A DNA stretch of 64,000 nt from Bolinopsis microptera (GCF_026151205.1 NC_087080.1:4938797-5002796); one strand, 5' to 3'; counted from the stretch's first letter, positions 1-13,569 are shown. Numbers and translations are program-made. The notes: generated by a model not told the origin, from the letters alone.

Positions 1-1519
1 AGATGAAGGTTGTATGGTCACTGGTCAGACGAAGTTATTGTTGTTTGTTGAAGCACGGAAAGGAACTCACACTGCAACGAGACTAAAAAACCCGTTGGAG
101 CTCGCTGTGCAGTATGTTGGAGAGATATGACCAGATAACTGATGCAGTGCACGGACGTTTAGATGACTTGGAGCTAGGCAATCTAAAACTGAATGTAGAA
201 GAGACTGAGTTAGCTCTCGCACCGTTCAAGATTGTAACTGAGTTTTTTTGTAAAAGAGGAAGCATGCTCGCTCAAGCAGAAGTGATTATTTAGTTTATTG
301 ACAGCAGGCTAGAAGAGATCTGAGATAGACTCGCCACTTTCTCGAACCCTTCTCGATAGGCTACGTACACGATATGCCAAGAGAAAGAACCTTCACTTCG
401 TATCGCTGGTAAAGTTATACTCGGACCCCGTTATTCTAGATGAAGATGTAGGACAAGAATACAGAATGATCACAAAGTCAACCTTGATACGTAACTCTAA
501 GTCTCTGCACAAGCGGTTGTTTAAGCAGAAAGAGACTAAAAGCGATTGAGCTTCGCAAGTAGTTCGACAATTGGTCCTCAGGACTCACAGGCGACTCCCA
601 CAATTTCAGATGCCAGATTCCAATCATATCCTGCTGACAAAATAATTATCAGACCTACATTAGGGCAGCGATTCGACTACGGTAGCAAGGACAGATACCC
701 TTGCACGGGAGATAGGATTAGGTCTGTTCACAGCTAACAGGCAGCAAACTTTTTTTTTAAATTTTAAAAAGCAATAATTGTCTTTATATCTGTACTCATT
801 TTAATTTTTAGGTTCAATTACAAAAATGAAAGCTAAACAATTGGTCGAATGTATCAGTATAATTCCACTAAATTGTGTGAAGCGTTGCTAATGCTATGGA
901 ATGAATCCAGCTATAGAGCTATAGTTTGTAGTTCTTCTTCCATTGATACCGTTGAAATGGCTTACGATTAACGAATGTAAGTTATGAAGAATCATGAGTG
1001 TGGCCGTATTTACTTTTTTAGTTCATTTACAAAGATAATTTTTGTTCAATCAGACAAATCGGTACGATGAAAAATTGAAATAAATGATTTATACGACTTA
1101 GGTCAACATAAAAATGTTTAAAATAAAATACACATCAACAAACATCCGCAATTTCAACCTTTACCATCTAATCATAATGCAGCAACGTAATTCTATCCTG
1201 TATGAGTGTAAAGCAATGATAATGCACCAACCCACAATAATACTACATGGTTAAAAAAGGGAAAGACAAACCCTGGAGTGAAAATTCTTAAAAGCATGAG
1301 AGCTGGAAACTTTAAACTATGTTAAGCACGTGCAGTGTGAACAGGGGGTCGGCCGTCGGATTCCGAAAATTCCAGAATCCTCCCATGAAAAAATATATAT
1401 ATATATTTTTTCATATATATATACTTTTATATATAAAAGTTATTTCATTCACTCTAGGATCTGTCGTGTGTGGCAAAGCTGATATTCAGTGTCGTATAAA
1501 ACATGGGATATGACTTACT

Positions 1520-2110
1520 TGACTTGACTTTAGGCGGGTAGTGTTCTCCACAGCTTTCTGTCCTCCATCAGTCTAGCTATCACATCTACTGACTTCAGCC
1601 CAGTTTCTGCTTTCAGGTTATCTAGTAATGTTAAGTAAGGTAGCTCCCTGTTAGTATGCCCATGACTCGGCTTCCAGATATGCTGCTTTCAACGACTATA
1701 AGAACTAGAAGGCATGGAGTGACAAACTGCCTCTAAACAAACGTCTAATACTGTACAATGCTTTAGTCGTATCGGTTCTTATGTTCAACTTCAACTCATC
1801 CTGCTGGGCAGTCCTCAAACTATTCCTTATTCCTCAAGAAACTAAATGCTTTGAATATAAAGTACCCAGGAGTCATCTCCGACAAAAACTTGTATAAAAT
1901 TAAACGCTGCAATCATCGCAGCGTTTAATTTCAGTGCAATGCTTAACCATTGTCAGAAAAGGTGGACCGAAAAGGTGGAGAATGTTAGGACATGTTTTGC
2001 GGGGTCCTGTTGACGGACCAGCGTTTTCCTCCCTCATTTTTGCCATCGATACACCGGATTTACCAGCCAGAAGAGGAAGACCGTAAAGCAATTTATTTTC
2101 ACTGATTGTG
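1520..2110 (+). mobile_element. 3'-terminal fragment of an RTE-like non-LTR retrotransposon (RT C-terminal tail, internally deleted)
   Basis: Plus-strand translation gives ...KLPLNKRLILYNALVVSVLMFNFNSSCWAVLKL... and ...KRWRMLGHVLRG...PARRGRP. This matches the C-terminal tail of the RTE-like ORF at 33194-35437 (KLKLYEALVTSVLLYNCSS...ARWKMLGHVLRSGDD...GRRGRP). The frames are broken, so it is a decayed copy. Confidence 0.45.
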
Positions 2111-3862
2111 TAATTATCCCTTGTTTAGAACGTTTATTCAATAAATTTAATATTATAATCATTCCTTTTCTTACAGCTTTGTGTTAATTTTATTGTAATT
2201 TTTACTGCAATATGTGTCAAACCTGAATCATTTTTTAAACTTCCGGGTGTTTTTCCCCACTTAATCCATAACCCATATAAGGATAACGATGAACAACTGA
2301 ATAGAATTATTCCTGAGAAGCTGACTTATTATTGAAAACTAACCGGGGCTTCTGCACATAATCGGCAATGGCATAACACATACCTTAAAAACATTTTTAT
2401 CGAAGAAATTTCCGGAGCTTTTTCTGGAAATATTCAAAATTGACGTTACAACTTGCAGCAATTGTAGCAATTTTCATTTCTCATCGCTTTCTAATAATTT
2501 TTCTGAGAACTTCTTTCCCTACATTCCCATCAGAAGCTGAATCCACACCATGAAAAATCCAGGCTATGGCGGGGTAGGCTGGTACCACTATATACCTGAT
2601 CTGTGTACCTGATCAACTTTTAGTGCTTGGACCCCATCGCATGCTGACGAATGAGAATGGCCCTTCTGATGTGATATTCATTTGTTGAGAACTCTTTAAG
2701 TTTAATTTAGTATAGTTGGCTAAAATCTTCATAAAACTTGCATAATTTACGATAAACGTTCTAGTTTTATCTTAGAGTCGGCCGAAATTCCTTCGAAACA
2801 AATAACTCGACCTCAATTTTTAGATATAAGAAAATGAAGTAAATATGTTGTCCACATTAACAATACATCACATATTATCGACTACTAAGGTAACCTCAGT
2901 TAACCTCAGTTATACCTCAGTTATACACCCAAGCAAAAGCAACACCACTTGGCGGGAAGGGGAATCTGGTCAGAAAATAGTTCATAAAGAGATTAATTTA
3001 AAGCCAATTCATGCAACTGATACGCAAGAAGTGGTCAAGAGGTAAAACTTTAATCAGCAAAACTATTACTTTATCATACTAATATGTTAACAAAGCGTTA
3101 TCCATAATTTACTATATGTTCCATTGTGTGTATAACTAGCTAACAAGATTATTAGTATAAACATATTAAAGTTAAAAGTGAAATTCCGAGAGTTTGAATA
3201 TTCTGCAGTCCTAATGTCAATGATAGGTTGACTTGGAATTTAGTATTAAGGGAGGTATAAGTTAAACATTAACTGGATATATTATATTCTACAAAGGCAA
3301 AACTTTAACCATGTTATGGATCAGTAACGGAAGTTATATCAAGTTATGCAACAAGCGATAGTGCTCATTATATACAGGATTTTTATACAAACAAGGAAAT
3401 TAATAATCGATTATTACGAGCAAGCTGAAATGAAATCTCAACAGCTGAAATTGTTTAACCGACAATGTATTTAAATCGTATTAATTGTTTTCACAATTAA
3501 AAATCAAGCTTAACAAGATTATTAAATCAACGAAAAATGGAGAATAATACGATCCACGTATCATTTTCTAGATACTTATTTTTCCGTCATTCATCGTCAT
3601 TACCTCTAAACAGGCAGACGAAGCCAAGCTACAAAAAGTCATACTCATAATTTAGTGACATCCCTTCAGCAGGAATATCAAAGATGTATTACCCAATCAT
3701 TACGTGAATAGTCTATATTAATATATCATACAATTTGTAACACAAATCATTTTAACTGTTTTTAATCTGAAACGTAACGTTAATCAATCCCACAGAGAGT
3801 TCATGCATGCATCTAAGTTAAGATAACGGGGAAGGGAGCGAGGGAGTTACTTCAGCGAAGGT

Positions 3863-3933
3863 TCACTGCAGGGTACGGGTGATGTTGTTAGCCTCCACTA
3901 CATCGCATACCATCTCTACCAGAGAGGAGGAAT
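3863..3933 (-). CDS. CREB3-like bZIP transcription factor, last coding exon (luminal C-terminus, includes the stop codon)
   Basis: Acceptor tgttttatctcag|AT. The phase matches the upstream exon (G+AT gives Asp). It encodes DSSSLVEMVCDVVEANNITRTLQ, then TGA at 3863-3865. Confidence 0.5.
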
Positions 3934-4387
3934 CTGAGATAAAACACGGTTATTTATATGAACTGAAGCTGAGGGCTGAGGAGTATAGGTAGTCAGTACC
4001 GTACAATTAGGAGTTAATAATAACTAATGATAATTTAAAGATTTAACAACATAAATTGGTAATGAATAAAATGATAATGAACTTATTAAAATATTAGTTA
4101 TTGTTAAAACTAGCACATACCTCGATGGAGGGGTAGGATGACAGAAACTCTACTGCTATCACTTTCTACAGTAGCCGGCACGTAGAAATTGTTATAACCT
4201 GTCCAAATAATGTGTCAATGATAGCTCAATGAATAGTGTGATCAGACGCCTTTTTACAATAGAAATGAAGCTAGAGTTATTAGACATAGGTCTGAACAGA
4301 AATTTGAAGTAAGATACGATTTGGTAAAGATAATTCCTACGGGCTAAGACAAATAGAAATTTGAATAAAATGTATTAGTCAACTTAC

Positions 4388-4608
4388 CAGAGACGATATA
4401 CTGCTTGTCTGGAGCTGCGTTGAACCCAACTTCCACAGTCTTATGCCTCCCTTTTAAGTAATTATTAAGGGTATCGATACTTGGGTCGACATAGTTGCTG
4501 TACGAAGCTGTGTCCTTTCGTAAGCTGTACTGGTCTGTTGATAATAACGTTCTGCTATTGAAGCTCTGCTGGTGGTACTTCGGCAGCCCCGCTGAACTTT
4601 GAAACAAA
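4388..4608 (-). CDS. CREB3-like bZIP transcription factor, luminal-domain exon containing an RxxL (S1P-like) motif
   Basis: Acceptor aataatttcag|TTTG and donor TCTG|GTAAGTTG (consensus). It has a 221-nt open frame: (S)LFQSSAGLPKYHQQSFNSRTLLSTDQYSLRKDTASYSNYVDPSIDTLNNYLKGRHKTVEVGFNAAPDKQYIVSG. RTLL lies ~20 aa after the TM helix, as in site-1-protease substrates of the CREB3/ATF6 family. Phase is consistent with the exons on both sides. Confidence 0.65.
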
Positions 4609-6506
4609 CTGAAATTATTGAAACTGTTAAGTTGGATTGTATTGATTGTATTGATGAAAATATGTATGAAAAAATGTATGTATGTATGTATGACAAAATG
4701 TATTGATAAAAATATCCGGTCAAGCAGCTAATGATTAAATTGGAAGTCAAGGGCCACTCGCTTGTTGTTGTTTGTTGTACACTGCTGAAGTTATCGGTAT
4801 TTTATGCTTATTTAGCTAGCCATAACATGGGAAATATATATCCACGCGCGCGCGCGCGCGTAACGCGCACTTGGCTGACAACTACTACGCGTACTTTTTA
4901 CGATATTTCAGTCGAATTTTACTAGTACTGAAAGATAAAATAACATTAATGCGACTGATTAGTTGCCAAGTTTGCGCAACAACCTCGGTCCTATCGGATA
5001 TTCGGATATTGGTGATTGAACATATTAAAGTAAGGTGTCCCTTAAGTGTTGAAACAACAAAGGAAGCAAGTTCACAGCTTCTTGGACGGAACCTTCGCTG
5101 ATTGGACGACTGATAGTTCAAAGAGAACTCATGAAATAATGTCGCCTAGATTTAACCTAACTTTTAAATATTAGACTACCCCTCAAAGTAGATTTATAAT
5201 ATTAGACTACCCTCAAAGTATATTTATATTTACCATTATAATTTGACATAGCTCTTTAAGTACTCTAACTAAATGATATCCCTGTTCACCAAGGAGGCTA
5301 CAAACTGTTTTAGGTTCCCATTCCCTTCTCAGCATCAACTATTATATTTTATCATAATTATTCATATGAAATGACATAAATCCACCACCCGATTGAGTAA
5401 AATATAATATGGTTACTTCACGGCTATTCGGAGTGCGCGAGGAGTAATTTGAACTTCAGTTCAGTCCACCTTTAGGCCAATTAATGGATAATTCGATTTC
5501 CTGAGTTCCTTTTCAGATAAGGAACATATTATTTCTCTTTCGCAACTTCAAAAAATTCATTAGAATGGCGCCTGAACAGGTTGATATAAAGATTAACCCA
5601 TAATTCATCGTAACAAGCTAATTAAAAAGAATCCCTTATCACACTAAAGATAGAAGGACCATAAAGCCACACTACATGCGGCTTAAGACATCGATTTCCT
5701 GTAAACGGCCCACCTAATCTCCGTATATGTATGGTTCATATTTCATGATAAAGTGGGTTATTACAGTAGTATGTTAGATTGTTAGTCTTATATCAAATAT
5801 CCCGTGTGAACATTATATAAGGGAGCTAACATAATGGATAATGTGACCCAGCTTGAAGCTGTGTGATATCACGTACCATATCACGGACATCTTGATCCAG
5901 GTGTAATTGAGTTAGGGAAGTGAAAGATAAACAAATTAACGGTGTAAACGATTATATTTGCGTTTTATTTGGCCATGATCAAGTCCTAAAATCGGATTAC
6001 CTACACTCCGGGAGAAATATGAGTCTACGTACCGTGTGATAAATGTGGGATATATATGCAAGGGGACGCAAAGGGCGCTTTGAATTACACACCGAGAGCA
6101 GGAATATTTGTCTAAGCTTCAAAAATATTTGCAAAGAATCGGGCTTTGTCTAATTATAAGCTTGATTTAATCTGTAACCCTTCACATTGCAGACTTCATG
6201 TTGAATGGTATGTAGACATTTGGCCCTGTATATCTAAGATACCTCTGCAAACTTCCTGTGTTTGTGTTAAGAACGTTAGGATTTGCTGTATATGAGAAGT
6301 TAATATTTAAACGAGATGTGAACTAAAAACTAAATCTTGATGAGACAGACACGACGCAGTTTGAGGGGTTCTAACTTTGTACTTTTTAGTAGGGGTAGTG
6401 CTACATACAAATAGACCATGCACGAGAACTCAAGCGAAAACTGTTAACTGAAACCACACAATATCTCAACTCCTGTATAATGCGAGAGCTATTAAACATG
6501 ACATAC

Positions 6507-6727
6507 CTGAAGGGTCCCAGAGATAGAGCGAAGACGAACATGAAGAACATCATGAGAGCGGTGCCCTTAAACCGGGGGGAGGTAGTGCACGTGCCCTTCT
6601 CGTCACTCTTGGAATGTGGTGGAACATTGGCCGGATCCAGCTCCTCCAGTTTGCCCAGGTCGGTGGTGGAGGTTAGGTTTCCCAGCACTGAGTTCAGCCT
6701 GTCTAGCGCTTCACGGAGTAGCGTGTT
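6507..6727 (-). CDS. CREB3-like bZIP transcription factor, exon with end of leucine zipper plus transmembrane helix
   Basis: Acceptor tccctccccag|AAC and donor TTCAG|GTATGT. It encodes NTLLREALDRLNSVLGNLTSTTDLGKLEELDPANVPPHSKSDEKGTCTTSPRFKGTALMMFFMFVFALSLGPF. There is a hydrophobic 17-20 aa segment. Phase 0 at the start; it ends with AG left over, which pairs with the T of the next exon. Confidence 0.7.
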
Positions 6728-6884
6728 CTGGGGAGGGAGAAGTTAGGGTGAATATCACATATGTTGAGTGGGTTATGTGATTTAGCGGCATTACTTCAAA
6801 ACTACCTATTATCAAGTGAAGCCCCGCCCTGAGCATTCTGATGTTATTTACTTATATAATTATAACCCTTAAACATGGTACATT

Positions 6885-7625
6885 CTTAAGGGGGCAGGGG
6901 GGGGTCTTTATGAAATTTCTCTCAAAATTGATTTTATAGTTGTTTCTAATAGAGGGGAGTGATATCTATCTGCTACTTTTGGTCCCATGGAAAAATTTTG
7001 TTTCTAGCCGAAATTATTGCCGGTCAAAGGTCAGCGCTCATGTGTAATTGTATTGCGCGAGCGATTTTCAATCGCGCGCCCTGAAAATCGAGTCTAAAAA
7101 TCTATCTCCTCCTACATTTTTTGAGCAATCACCTTGAAACTTTCAGGATATGTTCTAAGGACCATTTAGAAACTTTTACTCTTTTTAGAATTTCGAGATA
7201 GGCCTTTAAAAAATTTTTATTCGATTTTGAAAATCTTGGACCTGAAAAAATCGTCAAAAAACGAGGTCCAAGATTTTCAAAATCGAATAAAAATTTTTTA
7301 AAGGCCTATCTCGAAATTCTAAAAAGAGTAAAAGTTTCTAAATGGTCCTTAGAACATATCCTGAAAGTTTCAAGGTGATTGCTCAAAAAATGTAGGAGGA
7401 GATAGATTTTTAGACTCGATTTTCAGGGCGCGCGATTGAAAATCGCTCGCGCAATACAATTACACATGAGCGCTGACCTTTGACCGGCAATAATTTCGGC
7501 TAGGAACAAAATTTTTCCATGGGACCAAAAATATCTGGTAGATATCACTCCCCTCTATCAGAAACAACTATAAAATCAATTTCGAGAGAAATTTCATAAA
7601 GACCCCCCCCTGCCCCCTTAACAGG
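6885..7625. repeat. Long near-perfect palindrome / foldback element (arms ~360 bp, ~22-bp loop centred near 7258) inside an intron of the CREB3-like gene
   Basis: 6885-7245 is the reverse complement of 7270-7625 at roughly 97% identity. Examples are gggggcaggggggggtctttatgaaatttctc versus gagaaatttcataaagacccccccctgccccc, and ccggtcaaaggtcagcgctcatgtg versus cacatgagcgctgacctttgaccgg. It is AT-rich and non-coding, and flanked by TTAA on both sides. Confidence 0.85.
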
Positions 7626-7661
7626 GAAAATTCTTAAACAAGAAATTCCAAGATTACAAAC

Positions 7662-7769
7662 CTCGTTCTTGAGGGAGCCGTTCTGTTTCCGTAAATCGTC
7701 ATTATCCCTCAGAATTTGTATGTTTTGTTCAGAGGAGATAGCTAGCTTCGTCTCTACGCTTTGTAAATA
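7662..7769 (-). CDS. CREB3-like bZIP transcription factor, leucine-zipper exon
   Basis: Acceptor ttctttaccctcag|TAT and donor GAG|GTTTGT. It has 36 codons: YLQSVETKLAISSEQNIQILRDNDDLRKQNGSLKNE. It joins in phase 0 to the basic-region exon to give SRKRKKE-YLQSVETK, the CREB3-family spacing (compare SRKKKKEYIDGLETR in vertebrate CREB3L). Confidence 0.75.
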
Positions 7770-10074
7770 CTGAGGGTAAAGAATAGTTAAGCACACAGTC
7801 TAGGTAAACACATTCTTGATACACATATATTATTTTAGGTACACAGACTGCACAGATTACACAGCACAGACTGCAGTTATACCGGGACAGCGGGGTATGT
7901 CTATATGTGGGACGGGATGTTACGATGAAAGCCAACACCCAGGCTGTTAAACCTAACCCAAAACCAATAGTACAGAATTCCCAGAATACGCAGTATTATG
8001 TGTTCTAATACAGGCCCCAATCTTTGTGGTTGCACAGAGACATGTAAACCGACCGGTTATTACTCTTGAATACTGGTATCGGTTAATCAGAGATTGACTG
8101 TCATACTTCGATTTGTAGAATTAGCGAAGGGTAGCAGGCACGATAATTACAACCATACAAATATTTAGCATCGCATATCTACTCAGTGCGTCGAAATATT
8201 TCCAGAATTCAGTCATATAATTTAGTACAGACTCTTACAATAGTATATTGCAACTTCAACTTTTTGGGCAAGGTGTTTATTATAACCATTATATCATCTC
8301 TCACCACGAATTTGAAATTCGACACATGAAATTTAGGAAACATAACGTGTACACTTTAAACCTTGTTTCCGAGTACTGACAGTTACTGAACCATAAATAC
8401 GCGATCAATTTATATCAACAGATCCTACATTTTAAGCGGTGGGTTGCAATATTACCTGAGTGTTGATCCTTAGGGTTAAGTTAACTTCATCGGCCTTGAT
8501 TCTGACGAACTTAATTTGGTCACAGAGGGACCTTAATGGCAATAATTAGAGCCTTCAGAATAAAAGCCACGAAATTAATCTCTGGTCAAGTTGTTTACGG
8601 CCGTTTAAACGTTTGCTTATAATTATAATTTCACTAAACATCACCATAATTATTACTTACCGCTTAACTTATACATACTTAATGTTATTTAGGTATGGCA
8701 AAATAAGGGCCAATAAAGTGTTCTCACAATTCACATCACACAAATCAATAAAAGTAATGATCTATTTATGGAATTATTGAATAATAAATAGCAGCCAATA
8801 AAACTGCAGTATTTATTGTATAATGTATCGGGCGCAGCCTTCTGCAGAGTACCCAGTGTCTGCTAATTAATCTCACACTGACTCAATATACTCCTTAGTT
8901 CAGGCCGGTCCCAGGTGTGTATTATACACATGTTCCTTTGTTTTGAGCTCCTTTATAAAACTAACGCACACCACACCACACGATGTGGACAGTAACCATT
9001 GGTATTATTCCGTGTGTAATGAGCACACTGGTCTCTCTGGTTTTTGTCTAAACACACAGATATTGTTCATGTAAAGCGCCGCATCATGAGAAAGCTGCCA
9101 GATTGTGTTTCATGTGTGGAAAACTGTCAAAGTGCAGTCACACAGGAAACAGTCAGTGTTCTGTTGATGCGGTCACAATTACTTTTATATTGTACAGTAA
9201 GGTGTAATTTAACTGGAATGAGTTAGGAATGAGGATGTATTGGCTTACCTTAGGTTACCGGTTCCGTGAGATATAATAATGAGAATTATTAATTAATAAT
9301 GAATTTAATATAATGTATAACTTCCAAAGTATGAGCATAGATAAATTATAATGTGTATTAATATAAATATAATAAGACATTTGAACGGCGGCACACATTG
9401 CACAACACATTTAAATAATGTAAGGCAGGAAGCAGCGTTCAAAAGACTCCGCTATATTACACTATATATTACGCTATATTACACGGTGTGTAAAACAAAG
9501 CGCCCTCCGACGCTATTGAGAAAACTATTGAGAGAAATATTGGCCTGTACGTCTTTTGTTATAACAACTCTTAGAACAATTGTACCTCAGTTCAATTGAC
9601 GCAATCTGTGCGGCAAAATTTAAAAGATAACGGTGGTTAAATATGTATATTGTATAACTTCGACGAATTATATCAGAGTAAGTTTTTAAAAGATAAGTTT
9701 ATCTTAGTTAAAATAAATTCAGTCGAAATAACACGCGATTGCACAAGACGTACAACCATGATGCTTGATAGCTATTCGTTTGTGCGTGGTGTGCATTATC
9801 ATTATGCTATAATTATGCTGGCTGAAATTCAAGTAACAGGCGATCTTTTAATAGATTTCGACAAAGATTGTGGCGGCAAACCTCCATATATTTAAAAGAT
9901 TTTACGATGACGCAACTGCTTGAAAATTTGTACGTCTGACCCAACAATTTAGCCTACTTCTCGGAATTAAATTTCTAAGCAAGATCCACACTCACAGTGG
10001 ATGGGTACAATAAGAATTTAAAACCTAGAAGATAAGTTTTCTCAAATTAACTAATATAATCACAACCAACCCAC

Positions 10075-10203
10075 CTCCTTTTTCCGTTTCCGGGAAAGAC
10101 AAGCACTCTCCCTGTTCTTTATCATTCTCTGCTGTCTCTTCCAGGTCTTTATCTCAGACTCTGTCTTGAGATGTGCTGGTACTGGGACACTTTGTCTTCC
10201 CGC
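10075..10203 (-). CDS. CREB3-like bZIP transcription factor, basic DNA-binding region exon
   Basis: Acceptor ctgtaacag|GCG and donor AAGGAG|GTGGGT. It has 43 codons: AGRQSVPVPAHLKTESEIKTWKRQQRMIKNRESACLSRKRKKE. The bZIP basic-region signature is R-x-x-R/K-N-R-E-S-A-x-x-S-R-x-R-K-K. Confidence 0.8.
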
Positions 10204-12596
10204 CTGTTACAGTTACTAATCAAGTTATTAATCGCGTTATGTAGTGAATGTACCGGATATCATTAAAGTTTAAAAGGTCTAGGTGCAGTATAACAGAATT
10301 TTTCATTGTAGAGAAGTAGAAATGTGTCGATAAGAGAGATCTTCCAAGAAACTTTAGGCTGATTCTAGGAAATTAGGCAAGCTAGAACCTAGAGAATATT
10401 GTTAAATCACTGACAGTGGAAATAGCATGATATCTAATACTAAGATAGTAACTAGATAACATCCAGAGACCAGATAACATCTCAACTTACCCTGCGACGG
10501 TCAGGCTCCTTCAAGCTGATAAACTTAGCGTAACTGGAGTACTCTGCTATTTCTGAAAGAGAACACCCTATCAGATAACCAGTTCAGATTACACTTAAAC
10601 CCCCGGTACTCATTACACCCACACTCACATTCACATTCACACGTTCCCGTTATGATAACAGGCGCCCTGCCGCCTGGTTTCTCTAATTAAATAATTTATA
10701 ACGAGGTCGCATGTTTCTGCACGATTTGGATCAAATTCAAAATCGATTCCAGACTTGTTAATTGAATTAAAGTGTGACCAAAAATTGGCATCGATCTATT
10801 ATATTCCAAATGTAGGCCGAGATACATGTAGAGTGTACCCATGCATTGTGAATAATATGGATCAGTCAAAGAACGCAAATGTTTTCAGAGACGGTGCACC
10901 GTAATTTAGAAAATTGTTTTAGACACAACAGGTCAGGTAATTTAACATGAAATTTAAACAGCAAGGTAACGTATTTGAGGCTACTAAGAGGTGGTATATT
11001 TACGACACCGGTCAAATATAAAAGGAATTTTCATCCTTACACCACTCTTATACATTTTCATTTACAGTCCTACTAAGTGCATTACGTAACAAAGTGGCCC
11101 CCACCCCCATTATAAGCAGGCTCTTTAACACCCACAGACAGAGCGCTTAGACCGGGAGAGCGCTTAGACCGAATATTTATAGTACATAATAATAACAGCT
11201 GTTCTAATTATAGTTAGAGGCCCCAGTCCCTCAATTGTGGACTGTGCAGGTACGCTTGACTTGTATATAATACGGGGTTTAAAGCTTACACAATAGTCAG
11301 AAATTGTGTCGCAATTGTTAGTGTGCTCGGAGACCCAGCAATAAGGTGAAAGGGCAATCAATTACCATGAATTTTATGAGAATTCTATGAAAACATGAAA
11401 GGGAGGTAGTATTGTGAAAGGTGTCTAATTTATAATTATAAATAGATATATATTAATTACGGCCCGAGGGCGATGGTGCCAAATAGGGCACCTAAGTGAG
11501 ATTTCTTACCGGGCATAGAGTCGAACTGGCTGCTCTCTGAAGACGAGGAGTGTTTTCTTTGGCTGACTTTAAAAACTACTGAGTCTTGATTATACCTGGA
11601 TAAAATTAATTGTAGATAAGTTAAACTTCCGTTTAAGACGAAGTAAAGGTGTGGGATGAAAGATTAAAACACATTTATGTTTTAAGTTCACGAGATTTCA
11701 CTCAGGTTAAAACTGAAATCAGATTTCAGTTTTAACCTAAAAACCTAACAAACAAGAATTTCGCCGCGGTTAAACCACGCACGATCAATTTTCCCTACGA
11801 TGTACTTGTACCATTAATTCTTTTGAGTGAAAAGTGTGACTGGAAAAAAGTACACCATATTTACATACTATGTTTTTTATAAATGAGTGGGATTCGTGCA
11901 TGGTAAAAATTAACGATTTATTTGACCAATGCAGCGCCACGCATCAAAAACAAAAAAAAGGATCCAGAAAATTGCGGAAAATAACTTTGCGAAGGAGGAA
12001 TTTCACTGTAATTAATTAACACATGGCTAGCGTCGCGCGCAGCATAACAGACACTTCCTATACACTTAATTTTAGGGGAGTGGTCTATATTGCGAAGGAG
12101 TAGACTTTTGTCATCATCGCAGGTCCATCGGGCCACCTCATATATCCAAACCCGATTACTTATTCCCTACGATCTTTTTGCCTTCGGCAAGAGTAGGGAA
12201 AAAAATTCAGCAAAATACCATACCCGTTATTATCGTGCTTCCACTTGTCTGGTTCAATGTAATGATTATTTTGTGAGGTGGGGGTATCGGTATTTTTCTT
12301 GCACACTCTTTCTTGGGAGTGTTTGCAGATGTTCAGCACTGTCTCCGATCTAGCAGAATATTTATTATTCGATAGTTAGATTGTTGGGATTTGGTCATTT
12401 TAGGAATAACTACAGGTATTTTAGGAAGAATAAAAATTGGAATAATATTGAATCTTCTCGACTGTTTCAACTTTTATTAAAGCTCATGAAGATAAGGATT
12501 GGCTTGATTAAAATTCTCACAATTCTCACGGGTAAAGGAAACGAAAGTCCTACTTTTGCCCCTTTATCGTAATTACCCGTGTTAAAGTCTAATTAC

Positions 12597-12903
12597 CTTG
12601 GTCTCTTCTGGGAGACTTCATGCTCCAATTTCCGCTTCTTATTCTCAAACTGGAAAGCATCATCTCCAGCCACTATCTCCTGCTTTACCAGAACCTTAGG
12701 AGTCACAATCTGTCGTTTAACCGGGGAGGCTGACGACGTGTTCATCACTGAAGGTATGGATTTTGGAGGGCTGGATTTGAGGTTTGGTGAGGAAGTTCGG
12801 ACGTTGGAAGAGATTGTACGGAGGTGTTGCGAGGTTTTGGTGAGGGCGGGTGAGGTTTTATTGACTGGAGGAGAGGGCGCTTTCTTCTCTTGGGATTGAG
12901 TCC
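12597..12903 (-). CDS. Probable Ser/Pro-rich internal exon of the CREB3-like gene (reading phase unresolved)
   Basis: Acceptor aatctcag|GAC and donor CCAAG|GTAATT. One frame is open across the whole exon: LNPKRRKRPLLQSIKPHPPSPKTSQHLRTISSNVRTSSPNLKSSPPKSIPSVMNTSSASPVKRQIVTPKVLVKQEIVAGDDAFQFENKKRKLEHEVSQKRP. This is typical of the S/P-rich linker before the basic region. That open frame does not fit the phase of the flanking exons I could find, so a missing micro-exon, a different splice site or an assembly indel is implied. Confidence 0.35.
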
Positions 12904-13033
12904 TGAGATTTTCTAATTAGAATTCTAGTCCTAGATAATATTAATAAGCCCGTTACATTTTTAGAACGAAACTACCAAACTCTTAAAAATGCCCTAGAAC
13001 GAAGAGAAACTTCTAAGTTTCACACCAACTAAC

Positions 13034-13281
13034 CTCTTGGTAGTGTCCACGTTAACAAACTTGATCTGATTCTCCTTTAGATTTGACTGGTTAGTCAGAG
13101 TCACGTGACCATCACGGGTAACGAACACTGCATTTCCATTGGGTGTTCGATACAACTTGTTTCCTACCGGGACCTTGATTATCTTGGGAATCTTCTTCAC
13201 CATGAGGGTGGTCACGGATTTAGTGACACAGGCATCATGTTGGTATATGTCAAGTTTGGTGTTGAGATCTATCTTGACTTC
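13034..13281 (-). CDS. Internal coding exon, same gene and strand as the CREB3-like gene
   Basis: Acceptor ttttcacag|GAA and donor AAGAG|GTTAGT. It has an 82-codon open frame: EVKIDLNTKLDIYQHDACVTKSVTTLMVKKIPKIIKVPVGNKLYRTPNGNAVFVTRDGHVTLTNQSNLKENQIKFVNVDTTK. It is phase-0 continuous with exon 13570-13761. Confidence 0.5.
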
Positions 13282-13569
13282 CTGTGAAAATTATATTATG
13301 TTAGGGATAGACAGTGCAGAAGCAATGTACATTGTAGTTTAACACGCCCTTTAATCTAAGACTTCAATTTTATTCAAGTTCTTTACTCGACTATAACAGC
13401 TTGACGATAATTGAGAAACGAAGCATAAAGTATTTTTCCAAAAACTTCACAAGACCTTAAATACTCTTTATCACTTGATTCTAGTGAGCTTTTCAATTTA
13501 AATGATCAGTTATTGTGAACTACAAACCCCAAAAACTGTAATACAATAAACAAGTAACATGTATCTCAC

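Noticed and set aside
1-760. Possible further TE ORF remnants (ORFs 83-265 minus and 546-737 plus)
   Set aside because: The translations lack recognisable RT, endonuclease or gag motifs, and the frames are full of stops, so the evidence is insufficient to call them.
4454-4750. 98-aa ORF overlapping the CREB3-like exon on the same strand but in another frame, and ORFs 4731-5121
   Set aside because: Low-complexity YI/FS-rich translation over an (atgtatg)n-like AT repeat and a (CG)8 microsatellite. It overlaps a well-supported spliced exon, so it is a spurious ORF.
6880-7630. piggyBac-like MITE call for the foldback, based on flanking TTAA
   Set aside because: TTAA is itself palindromic and may simply be the outermost base pairs of the inverted repeat, so a TSD cannot be distinguished from arm sequence. 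No piggyBac-type CCC...GGG termini are present.
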